DNA of 64,000 nucleotides from Candidatus Omnitrophota bacterium (lineage in GTDB: Bacteria > Omnitrophota > Gorgyraeia > Gygaellales > Profunditerraquicolaceae), in NCBI GenBank assembly GCA_026416665.1, contig JAOAET010000055.1:2490-66489 (forward strand), in the 5' to 3' direction. The position numbers and the translations under genes were made by a program. Of the stretch, positions 30,013 to 38,594 are shown in pieces (the first letter of the stretch is position 1; each line of letters opens with the position of its first letter). Under the pieces are notes generated by a model. The model did no database searches and was not told the origin of the DNA. It worked only from the letters and a program-made list of their open reading frames with translations.

Positions 30013-30456
30013 ATGAAAAAAGTAATAAGAAGTATTACAGTTGTGGCTTCCCTGTTATTTTGTATTGGCAGCGTTGGTGCAGAGGATTTTCATCTTTTAA
30101 ATCAACCACCTTATAAAAATGGAAATAACACTGAGATTGAACAGTCAATTTCAGAATGGATTGAAGAGAGTCGAACACAGCATAAAAATACTGAGGAAGA
30201 AAAGACAAATTGGTTTTCTCTATTTGAAAGGTTAAAATCTAAAGCATTTGCCGTTGACATTAGTGAACAACATAAGCTACGTGAAGACTGGCGTGATATG
30301 CTAGGTTTTGACATGTTTTATCCGTATTTTAAACTAAAAGACTTAGAAGATATTGTAAAAGAAAAGACACGGTTGAATTTCTTAAATTTTGAAGGTAAAG
30401 CAGAAATTAACGAACGTTCTAGAGAACTCCATTACATTTTTAGAAAGAAGTTTTAA
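30013..30456 (+). CDS. Hypothetical exported protein ending in Phe
   Basis: Signal peptide (VGA|E); upstream TGCTATAAT and AGGA SD; C-terminus LHYIFRKKF. Confidence 0.7.
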   Translation: MKKVIRSITVVASLLFCIGSVGAEDFHLLNQPPYKNGNNTEIEQSISEWIEESRTQHKNTEEEKTNWFSLFERLKSKAFAVDISEQHKLREDWRDMLGFDMFYPYFKLKDLEDIVKEKTRLNFLNFEGKAEINERSRELHYIFRKKF

Positions 30457-30513
30457 GAAGTAAGAAGTCTTTACTTGTAAAAAACAAATTAACCAAAATA
30501 TAATTATAGTTTT

Positions 30514-30903
30514 TTATTTCTTAAAGATGTGTTTTGAGAATAAAATTATACCAACAGCAACTGCATTAAGGCTGGCTAAAAGTACAACTGCCGCAGCAAT
30601 ATCTTTGACTAGTTTAATTAAGGTATGATATTTACGTGTAGTCATATCAATTAAAAGCTCAATAGCGGTATTAAACATTTCTGCCATAAATACTACAGTA
30701 ATAGTTAAGCACAGAGTTATTAGCTCTATCCCCTTTAACCTAAAATAGATACCAAGTAAAAATGCAGCAATACCCGTTAGAAAGATAATACGCATGTTTC
30801 GATGGTATAAAAAAAGATAGACGATACCGTTTAAAGCTAAGGTAAGACTTTCCAAAAAACCGTGAAAATGAAAAATTCTCCGAAAAACTTTAAACCTACG
30901 CAT
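30514..30903 (-). CDS. dgkA: Prokaryotic diacylglycerol/undecaprenol kinase family protein
   Basis: AEMFNTAIE, KLVKDIAAAVV, three TM helices. Confidence 0.9.
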   Translation of the reverse strand: MRRFKVFRRIFHFHGFLESLTLALNGIVYLFLYHRNMRIIFLTGIAAFLLGIYFRLKGIELITLCLTITVVFMAEMFNTAIELLIDMTTRKYHTLIKLVKDIAAAVVLLASLNAVAVGIILFSKHIFKK

Positions 30904-31201
30904 TTGACCTTATGATGATAAAAAAAAGTAAAATAATTATTAGTGCAGAGACAATGTAAAAATCATTGAAATAAAAAAAATCAATTAACTTATCCCAGAG
31001 GCTTTCTTGTTTCAAAGAAGATAACACGATTGGTTGTTTCTGTTTAAACTCTTCGATTTGTTGGCGTTGGAAACGCAGATACTGACCACCGATTTTATAG
31101 GCAGGTATTTTCCCTTCCTCAGCCAAGTCAATGACTTCTTTTTCAGAACACTTAAGTATCTGCGCTACTTCACGAACAGTTAATAATTTATCCTTAGACA
31201 T
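30896..31201 (-). CDS. Xis-like HTH_17 protein with C-terminal transmembrane helix (likely start 31201)
   Basis: LLTVREVAQIL...GKIPAYKIGGQYLRF; C-terminal FYIVSALIIILLFFIII. Confidence 0.85.
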   Translation of the reverse strand: MSKDKLLTVREVAQILKCSEKEVIDLAEEGKIPAYKIGGQYLRFQRQQIEEFKQKQPIVLSSLKQESLWDKLIDFFYFNDFYIVSALIIILLFFIIIRSNA

Positions 31202-31203
31202 TT

Positions 31204-31707
31204 TTATTTGCTTATTTTGCCTGAAGCAATCCAAGCATCAATTGCCTTGCGTTCAAATCTCCATTCGTTAGCCTGTTTTATAGCCGGGATCTTTCCTTGA
31301 TTAGCCCAATCAATAATAGTATTGATTTCAACTTCTAAATAACGAGCCAACTCTTCCGCAGAAAGAATCTCTGCCAACATCTGACAGCGGCCGTTAAATA
31401 TACCTCCATCAGAAATAATAAGACGATTAGGATAAATATCTCCATCTACGACAGCCGTAGAAAGTATTTCCAAACTTTCACGAGCAGTAATTTTACCTCG
31501 CACTTTACCTTCAATGATGATAGTATCACCGATTATATCCGCAGTAACCATTGCGTTAGGACCGATAGTTAACACACCTCTTGCATCCAGTGTCCCTTCA
31601 AACTTTCCATTAATCTTTAAGTTAACAGGATCCTTAAAAGTAAGTGTTCCTTGCATCGAGGCATCTACGTCTAGAAATTTTTCATCTATTTTTCTACGAA
31701 GGGCCAT
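31204..31707 (-). CDS. Bactofilin (polymer-forming cytoskeletal) domain fused to Xis-like HTH_17
   Basis: MQGTLTF..LKINGKFEGTL...LTIGPNAMVTADI...IEGKVRGKI...VDGDI...GGIFNGRCQM, then LSAEELARYL...GKIPAIKQANEWRF. Confidence 0.88.
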   Translation of the reverse strand: MALRRKIDEKFLDVDASMQGTLTFKDPVNLKINGKFEGTLDARGVLTIGPNAMVTADIIGDTIIIEGKVRGKITARESLEILSTAVVDGDIYPNRLIISDGGIFNGRCQMLAEILSAEELARYLEVEINTIIDWANQGKIPAIKQANEWRFERKAIDAWIASGKISK

Positions 31708-32158
31708 ATTCCTCCTCCTTACTGTTTGGTTTGTTAAGTAGCCTTTTTTCGGCTTTTCTTAAAATAAATAGGCATATTAATGTAAGTATAGTGGTGATAA
31801 AACTAGCATTATAGAAACCAACACCAACAGCAAGCCCTATACCTGAGACCACCCACAGACTTGCTGCTGTAGTTAAACCTTTTATTTCCTCTTTTTCACG
31901 AATAATCGCTCCAGCACCTAAGAATCCAATACCCGTTATTATTCCCGCAGCAATTCTTGCAGGGTCTATTGCAGTTACATCTTTATATATAACAAAAACA
32001 TACTGTGATGTCAACATAATAAGACAGGAGCCTAAAGAAACTAAAATATGAGTTCTTAAACCCGCCGCTCTACGTTGCATTTGTCGTTCCAAACCAATCA
32101 ACCCACCAAGAATAACTGAAAGGATTAAGCGAACGGTTACTACACTATCAGTCAACAT
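31694..32158 (-). CDS. MgtC/SapB family membrane protein
   Basis: IGLER, AGLRTHILV, GIGFLGAG, GLTTAA. Confidence 0.92.
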   Translation of the reverse strand: MLTDSVVTVRLILSVILGGLIGLERQMQRRAAGLRTHILVSLGSCLIMLTSQYVFVIYKDVTAIDPARIAAGIITGIGFLGAGAIIREKEEIKGLTTAASLWVVSGIGLAVGVGFYNASFITTILTLICLFILRKAEKRLLNKPNSKEEEYGPS

Positions 32159-32182
32159 ATTAGACTCCCCTGGTTATGCCTA

Positions 32183-33130
32183 TTAAAATTTCTTATACTT
32201 AAAATATCCGTGCGCTGCTACCATAGCAGCGTTATCAGTGCATAATTCTTTAGGAGCGAAAACAACACGTAAGCCGAAGCGAGAAGATTCTTTATCAAAA
32301 AGCTGGCGAAAAAAATTATTTGCTGCTACTCCACCACCTACTACTATAGTTTTTACCCTATAGCTGTTTGCGGCAAAAATAGCTTTCTTAATTAAAACAG
32401 TAAATATACTGTATTGGAAACTAGCACAGATATCCTTTTTCTGTTGGTCGTGAATTTTTCTATATTTTTTTGTTTCATAAAGTACCGCTGTTTTTATCCC
32501 ACTAAAACTAAATTCAAAAGGTAATTTAGTATTAGAACACTTAAATTTATATCGAAGGGGGTTACCATTCCTTGCTTCACGTTCAATTGCTGGACCACCT
32601 GGATATCCTAAATTCAAGATTTTAGCAACTTTATCAAAGGCTTCGCCGCAAGCATCATCCTTGGTTGCTCCTAGAAATTTAAATCTGTTATAACCTGATA
32701 AGTAGTAAAGACTCGTATGCCCGCCTGAGACGACCAAAGCAATTAAAGGAAAAAGTGGATTTTCTTTTATCAGGCAAGAAAATATATGACTATGTATATG
32801 GTCGACTCCAAGACAAGGAATGTTTAAACAGGTACCGATAGCATGAGCAAAAGATATGCCAACCAATAAAGAGCCTATTAAACCTGGTTTTTGTGTGTAA
32901 GCAATCAGTTCTATGTCGTTATAACTGATATCTGCTTTCGTTAATGCCTCTTGTACAACAAAAGATATTGCTTCCAGCTGTTTACGAAAAGCTATTTCAG
33001 GGATAATTCCCCCAAAACGTCTGTGGTAAGATAGACTAGAGATTATTACAGATGATAGGATATGTTTTCCATTTTCTACCACGGCTGCTGCTGTTTCATC
33101 ACAGGATGTCTCAATTCCCAATACTTTCAT
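32183..33130 (-). CDS. tsaD: tRNA N6-threonylcarbamoyladenosine transferase TsaD (likely start 33130)
   Basis: LGIETSCDET, VSGGHT, GEAFDK, TDNAAM. Confidence 0.96.
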   Translation of the reverse strand: MKVLGIETSCDETAAAVVENGKHILSSVIISSLSYHRRFGGIIPEIAFRKQLEAISFVVQEALTKADISYNDIELIAYTQKPGLIGSLLVGISFAHAIGTCLNIPCLGVDHIHSHIFSCLIKENPLFPLIALVVSGGHTSLYYLSGYNRFKFLGATKDDACGEAFDKVAKILNLGYPGGPAIEREARNGNPLRYKFKCSNTKLPFEFSFSGIKTAVLYETKKYRKIHDQQKKDICASFQYSIFTVLIKKAIFAANSYRVKTIVVGGGVAANNFFRQLFDKESSRFGLRVVFAPKELCTDNAAMVAAHGYFKYKKF

Positions 33131-33140
33131 AGCTTTATTT

Positions 33141-33953
33141 TTAATGGACAAGTTCAGAGACAAAAACAAACCTGTATCCCTTTTTTGCTAGTCGTGGTAT
33201 TTCTTCCTTTAGTGCCATTAAGGTTACTTTTCGGTCATGGCCAATACCTATAGCAAAGCCATTTTGTTGTGCTTTTTCCGCTAATATCTCAAGCTGCTTT
33301 TGAATATTTGCAGAATCTAAAATATTATCTAGAAAAATATCTCTACGTGCATAAGGAATCTTCTTCTTTTGAGCTATTTGCTCACAGACTGAATTTGGGG
33401 TAACGAGGCTATCAATAAAAAATAATTTCCTTTTCCTAATTTCATCTAATACTATCTCCATAGTTTTGTAATCTTCAGTTGCTTTTGAGCCCATATGGTT
33501 TGAAACACCACGGATATGAGGTATATTTTTAATCTGAGAGTTAATAATAAAACGAATAGATGTTTCATCAAGCGTAGTAGTTATCGTATTTGGTTCCAGA
33601 TGTTTTTCGTCATAAGGTTCCAGAGGCAAATGTAATATAAGTTGGAAATTCATCCGATGAAGTTGTTCAGCAATCTGTCTAGAATATGGTGCCTCCGGTA
33701 GAATTGAGAAAGTAAGGGGATAGTTAAAACCTTCTAAAATTTGTAAGTTATTAAATGTATATCCAGCATCATCAATAACAATAGCTATTTTCCCCTTATA
33801 AAGTTTTTTTGCACGCAGGTCAAATTTTGTAGGTTTTCTAACAGCAGAAATTGGGTTGGCTATTTGTTTTCTTTGAATACCAATAATTATTGCCTCTACT
33901 AGACATAAGGCAAAAAGCAACCCGATTATTGCCTGATATACCTTCTCTTTCAT
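33141..33953 (-). CDS. Divergent polysaccharide deacetylase family protein
   Basis: AIVIDDAG, HLPLEP, NHMGS, FIDS, GIGH; N-terminal TM. Confidence 0.92.
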   Translation of the reverse strand: MKEKVYQAIIGLLFALCLVEAIIIGIQRKQIANPISAVRKPTKFDLRAKKLYKGKIAIVIDDAGYTFNNLQILEGFNYPLTFSILPEAPYSRQIAEQLHRMNFQLILHLPLEPYDEKHLEPNTITTTLDETSIRFIINSQIKNIPHIRGVSNHMGSKATEDYKTMEIVLDEIRKRKLFFIDSLVTPNSVCEQIAQKKKIPYARRDIFLDNILDSANIQKQLEILAEKAQQNGFAIGIGHDRKVTLMALKEEIPRLAKKGYRFVFVSELVH

Positions 33954-35242
33954 TTATTTTTTTGAATTGATTGATATAATCGAATTCCTTTTATAATGTC
34001 AACAGCGCGCATAAGCTGATTATCAGTTCGGTATGATTCTTCTTTTATTACTTTGTCATTCTCTACTTTTTTTTCAATTTGTTCAAATATCTGCTGAGGT
34101 GCCAAAGTATTTTTCTGTTGGATAGACTCTTCCTGTTGAGTCAATTCAATTTTTCCTTCTTCAACTATAATATCAGGTTGAACACCTACACCATGAATAA
34201 CTTTGTTGGATGGGGTAAAATATTTACTAGTGGTAAGTCTTAGTGCAGAACCATCCTGTAGTGGCAGAATCGTTTGGACAGAACCTTTACCGAAAGATTT
34301 GGTCCCAACAATTATGGCGCGTTTATAATCTTGTAACGCAGCAGCAACAATTTCGCTACCTGAAGCCGAACCTTCATTAATCAGAACAATGATAGGTATA
34401 TCAACAATGGGATTAGTGGCATTGCTTGAAAAACTCATATTTTGAGAAGTAATGCGACCTTTTGTGGAAACAATGACCTTTCCCTTTTCCAAAAACTGCT
34501 CAGCAACTTGAACAGCAGAATCTAACAGTCCGCCGGGATTATTACGTAAATCTAAAATTAAAGCATTCATACCCTCTTTTTTTAATCTCTCAAGTGCACG
34601 AATTAAATCCTGTGCAGTGTTCTCCCTAAATTCAATAAGACGTATATAACCGATTTTATCTTCAAGTATCTTCGCTTCTTTAATATCTTGGATTTTGATG
34701 ACTCCCCGCACAATGCGAAATTCCATAAGCTTTTTTTCTTGTTCTCTTAAGATAGTAATTGTAACAGGTTCACCTACCCTACCACGTAATTTCTTTACAG
34801 CATCAGTAAGAGACATATCCCTGGTAAGATCATTATTGATTTTCACAATACGGTCGTTAGCTTTAATTCCTGCTTTCCAAGCAGGAGTATCTTCAATCGG
34901 AGTAACTACTGTCAATAACCCATCCTTAATGGTGATCTCTATTCCTAAGCCACCAAATTTTCCTTCAGTATCAACCTTAAGTTCATTATAGGTGTCAGGG
35001 TCAAGAAATTGGCTATGGGGGTCAAGTGAAGAAAGCATTCCCTTTAAGGCTCCATAGATAAGCTCTTTAGGTTTGACTTCTTCTACATAATCTGTTTGAA
35101 TTATGGATAGTGCATCGGAGAATAACTCTACTTGTTTGTACAATTCGTTCACTTTTCTTTTATCTTGAACAGCCCTTCCTAAAGATAAAAATGTCAATGA
35201 GAAAGAAATCACCAGCATTATTGCTAATAACTTATTACGCAT
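33950..35242 (-). CDS. ctpA: S41 carboxy-terminal processing protease
   Basis: LDPHS, PDZ domain, DLRNNPGG, SASGSE, FGKGSVQ. Confidence 0.95.
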   Translation of the reverse strand: MRNKLLAIMLVISFSLTFLSLGRAVQDKRKVNELYKQVELFSDALSIIQTDYVEEVKPKELIYGALKGMLSSLDPHSQFLDPDTYNELKVDTEGKFGGLGIEITIKDGLLTVVTPIEDTPAWKAGIKANDRIVKINNDLTRDMSLTDAVKKLRGRVGEPVTITILREQEKKLMEFRIVRGVIKIQDIKEAKILEDKIGYIRLIEFRENTAQDLIRALERLKKEGMNALILDLRNNPGGLLDSAVQVAEQFLEKGKVIVSTKGRITSQNMSFSSNATNPIVDIPIIVLINEGSASGSEIVAAALQDYKRAIIVGTKSFGKGSVQTILPLQDGSALRLTTSKYFTPSNKVIHGVGVQPDIIVEEGKIELTQQEESIQQKNTLAPQQIFEQIEKKVENDKVIKEESYRTDNQLMRAVDIIKGIRLYQSIQKNK

Positions 35243-36680
35243 TTTCTAGCCTCCGTCTTAACATATCTTGAACAAGTTTAGGGTTTGCCTTTCCATTTGT
35301 CTTTTTCATCACTTGTCCAACTAAAAACATAATAGAATTAGTTTTACCTTTTTTATATTCCAAAATAATTTGAGGATTTTCTTGAAGTACCTGCTCTACT
35401 TCTTTAGTTAAAGTAGATTCGTCAGAAATCTGAATGAGGTTTTTTTCCTTCACTATAGTTAATGCATTTTTACCCGTATCGATCATTTCTGTTAATACCG
35501 ACTTTGCCGCAAGATTTGAAATCTTTGCATTTTCTACTAAATCAATAAGTTCACATAAGGCATCTGCTGATACAGGGATTTCGGATAAATTTTTTCCTCT
35601 CTGATTAGCTTCTTGAGTTAATGGCCCAATTAACCAGTTAGCTACAGTCTTCTTATCTTTTTTAGGATAGGCTTTTAGCCGTTCTTCTGCATAGTCAGCA
35701 ATATTTTTTTCTAAGGTTAATTGCCGGGCATCGGCGTAATTTAAATTAAATTCCCGCATAAAACGTTCCATTCTTGCCTTGGGTAACTCTGGTATACTTG
35801 CGCGAATCTCGTCTAACAATTGGTTTGTGATAATAACAGGTGGAATGTCGGGCTCAGGAAAATAACGATAATCTTTTGCTTCTTCTTTACTACGCATAGC
35901 AAAAGTTCTCTGTTTTTTTTCATCCCAGAGGCGTGTTTCTTGTTCAATAGTTTCTTCTGCTTCTAATAATTCCTTTTGCCTTTTTATTTCAAATGTTAAG
36001 GCATCCCTTACCGCTTTAAAGGAGTTAAGATTTTTAATTTCTGTTTTTACTCCCAGCTGCTTTGTCCATTTAGGTCTTAAAGAAATATTAGCGTCACAGC
36101 GCAAGGAACCTTTTTCCATATCGCAGTCGGAAACATCTAAGTATGAAATAATTCCTTTCAAGGTTGTTAAATACTCGTATGCCTCTTCGGGTGAAAAGAT
36201 ATCGGGTTCAGTAACAATTTCTAATAAAGGTATTCCTGTGCGGTTGTAATCAATAAAAGTTAGTTCATTGGTATGGATAAGTTTACCCGCATCTTCCTCA
36301 AGATGCGCTCGACGTATACCTATTTTCTTTACATTTCCGTTACCGCTTATTTCAAGATACCCATTTTTGGCAACAGGTAACTCATATTGTGAAATCTGAA
36401 AATTTTTGGGTAAATCAGGATAATAGTAATGTTTACGGTCAAAACGAATAAGTTCTCCGATTGAACAGTTTAAGGCAAGCCCTACTTTTATTGCGTATTT
36501 TAGTGCTATCTTATTTAAAACCGGTAATACTCCAGGTAATCCTAGGCACACTGGACAAATTTGGCTGTTAGCTGGGGCCCCAAAATCTGTTCGACAACCA
36601 CAAAATATTTTAGTCTGGGTTTTAAGCTGTACATGTACTTCTAAGCCGATAACTGGTTCATATTGGATATTTATATTCAT
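35235..36680 (-). CDS. gatB: Asp/Glu-tRNA amidotransferase subunit B
   Basis: IGLEVHVQL, YPDLPK, YRYFPEPD. Confidence 0.98.
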   Translation of the reverse strand: MNINIQYEPVIGLEVHVQLKTQTKIFCGCRTDFGAPANSQICPVCLGLPGVLPVLNKIALKYAIKVGLALNCSIGELIRFDRKHYYYPDLPKNFQISQYELPVAKNGYLEISGNGNVKKIGIRRAHLEEDAGKLIHTNELTFIDYNRTGIPLLEIVTEPDIFSPEEAYEYLTTLKGIISYLDVSDCDMEKGSLRCDANISLRPKWTKQLGVKTEIKNLNSFKAVRDALTFEIKRQKELLEAEETIEQETRLWDEKKQRTFAMRSKEEAKDYRYFPEPDIPPVIITNQLLDEIRASIPELPKARMERFMREFNLNYADARQLTLEKNIADYAEERLKAYPKKDKKTVANWLIGPLTQEANQRGKNLSEIPVSADALCELIDLVENAKISNLAAKSVLTEMIDTGKNALTIVKEKNLIQISDESTLTKEVEQVLQENPQIILEYKKGKTNSIMFLVGQVMKKTNGKANPKLVQDMLRRRLENA

Positions 36681-36682
36681 AT

Positions 36683-38137
36683 TTACAATGGTGGTTTTTG
36701 TTTATGCCATTGAGTATGCATTTGATAAGCATGGGCCACACGAAAAAGCATCTCTTCATCAAATGCCTTACCAATAATTTGTAATCCTACTGGAAGTTTA
36801 TTTTTTGTGAAACCACAACATAAAGATATAGCGGGTACCCCTGCTAAATTTGCTGATATAGTAAATATATCTGATAGATACATCTGTAAAGGATTGTTGA
36901 CCTTCTCGCCTATTGCAAAAGCAGTAGTCGGAGAGGTAGGAGTAACTAAACAATCAACATATTTAAACACATCTTCGAAATCTTTTTTTATAAGGGTTCT
37001 TACTTTCTGAGCCCGTAGATAGTAGGCATCGTAATAGCCATGAGATAATACAAATGTCCCCAAAAGTATCCTTCTTTTAACTTCTGCACCAAATCCTCTC
37101 CCACGAGTTTTTGAGTACATAGAGATTAAATTTTCTGATTCAAGACGCAGACCGTAGCGCACACCGTCAAATCGGGCGAGATTTGAGCTTGCTTCAGCAG
37201 TAGCAATAATATAATAAACCGGAACAGCATAATGAGTGTGTTTAAGTTCTACATTTTTAATTGTAGCACCAAGTTTTTTAAGTTCTTCAATCGCCTCATA
37301 AACAATTGTTTTAACTTCTTCATCGATGCCTTCAACAAAATATTCTTTAGGTATTCCTATAGTAATACCTTTTATATCTTTTTCTAGAGCAGCAATATAA
37401 TTGGGGACTTCTATGTTTATTGTAGTAGAATCTTTAGGGTCATAACCCGCAATTACCTGTAAAAGCAAAGCACAGTCATGAACATCCTTTGCCAAAGGAC
37501 CTATCTGGTCAAGGCTTGAGGCAAAAGCAATCAAACCATAACGTGACACTCTACCATAAGTGGGTTTCATGCCTACTACTCCACAAAAACAGGCAGGTTG
37601 TCGGATAGACCCTCCTGTGTCAGAACCAATAGCCAAAATTGTTTCTGAGGCACTGACTGCTGCAGCTGAACCGCCAGAAGAGCCACCAGCGACTTTTGTT
37701 TTATCCCAAGGATTGCGTGTTGGGCCAAAACAGGAGTTCTCAGTAGAAGAACCAAAGGCAAACTCATCCATATTAGTTTTTGCTGCCAAGATTATGGCGC
37801 CGGCTTCTTTTAGTTTTGTAATTACCGTTGCATCGTAAGGTGGTCTAAATCCTTGTAAAATTTGTGAGCAACACTCGGTTAGGAAATTTTCGGTACAGAT
37901 GTTATCTTTAATAGCAACAGGTATGCCGTCTAAAATCTTTTCGCATGATGTGGTAATTGTATGTTGATTAATTGTCTCTACAGGAAATCTGTTACTATCT
38001 AAGCGAACAAAAGCCTTTATCTGGTTTTCCACCTTTTTAATGCGTTGTGAAATAGAATCTAAAATTTGTTGAGCATTTATTTCTTTTGTTTTAAGCAGAG
38101 ATAGTAAATGATGAGCAGTTAAATCACAAAGTTCCAT
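36683..38137 (-). CDS. gatA: Asp/Glu-tRNA amidotransferase subunit A (likely start 38137)
   Basis: GGSSGGS, GSDTGGSIRQP amidase signature, SSNLARFDG. Confidence 0.97.
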   Translation of the reverse strand: MELCDLTAHHLLSLLKTKEINAQQILDSISQRIKKVENQIKAFVRLDSNRFPVETINQHTITTSCEKILDGIPVAIKDNICTENFLTECCSQILQGFRPPYDATVITKLKEAGAIILAAKTNMDEFAFGSSTENSCFGPTRNPWDKTKVAGGSSGGSAAAVSASETILAIGSDTGGSIRQPACFCGVVGMKPTYGRVSRYGLIAFASSLDQIGPLAKDVHDCALLLQVIAGYDPKDSTTINIEVPNYIAALEKDIKGITIGIPKEYFVEGIDEEVKTIVYEAIEELKKLGATIKNVELKHTHYAVPVYYIIATAEASSNLARFDGVRYGLRLESENLISMYSKTRGRGFGAEVKRRILLGTFVLSHGYYDAYYLRAQKVRTLIKKDFEDVFKYVDCLVTPTSPTTAFAIGEKVNNPLQMYLSDIFTISANLAGVPAISLCCGFTKNKLPVGLQIIGKAFDEEMLFRVAHAYQMHTQWHKQKPPL

Positions 38138-38138
38138 T

Positions 38139-38426
38139 TTAATCAATAACCTTTCTTACTACAAAAAAACTGTCTTTTTTTCTAGGGGCGTTAGCAAGAG
38201 ATTTTTCTAAAGGAAAAGATGTAATAGGTAGGTCCTCTCTTAAAACATTGGTAATATCTACTGCATAACTAGTAGGAGTTACATTGGCAATATCAACTTT
38301 TTTAAGTTGATCGATAAAATCAAGTATTGTCTGAAGCTGCTGAGATAGATTCTGCAGCTCATTTTCATTTAGGTCAAGACGGCTTAATTTTGCTACGTAT
38401 TGTAAGGTTTGGCTTAATGGTTTCAT
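38139..38426 (-). CDS. gatC: Asp/Glu-tRNA amidotransferase subunit C
   Basis: VAKLSRL, LRED, NAP...FFVV; position upstream of gatA. Confidence 0.93.
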   Translation of the reverse strand: MKPLSQTLQYVAKLSRLDLNENELQNLSQQLQTILDFIDQLKKVDIANVTPTSYAVDITNVLREDLPITSFPLEKSLANAPRKKDSFFVVRKVID

Positions 38427-38457
38427 AATTTATTAAGATTTAATCATTTGGAAAATT

Positions 38458-38541
38458 ATATTATCACCAATTTCCCAAAAAGTCAAGAAAGCCACCGAAC
38501 TGTAGCTTTATCATTGACAAAGTTATGAATTATCTTAAAAT
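38458..38541. promoter_or_regulatory. Divergent sigma70 promoters for gatCAB (minus) and the GH161-like gene (plus)
   Basis: Minus: TTGACT (38486-38481)-17-TAATAT; plus: TTGACA (38514-38519)-16-TAAAAT. Confidence 0.55.
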
Positions 38542-38594
38542 AATAAGTTATGTTAATTAACCAATAATTTAATATATTTCAAAGGAGTAAGCAA

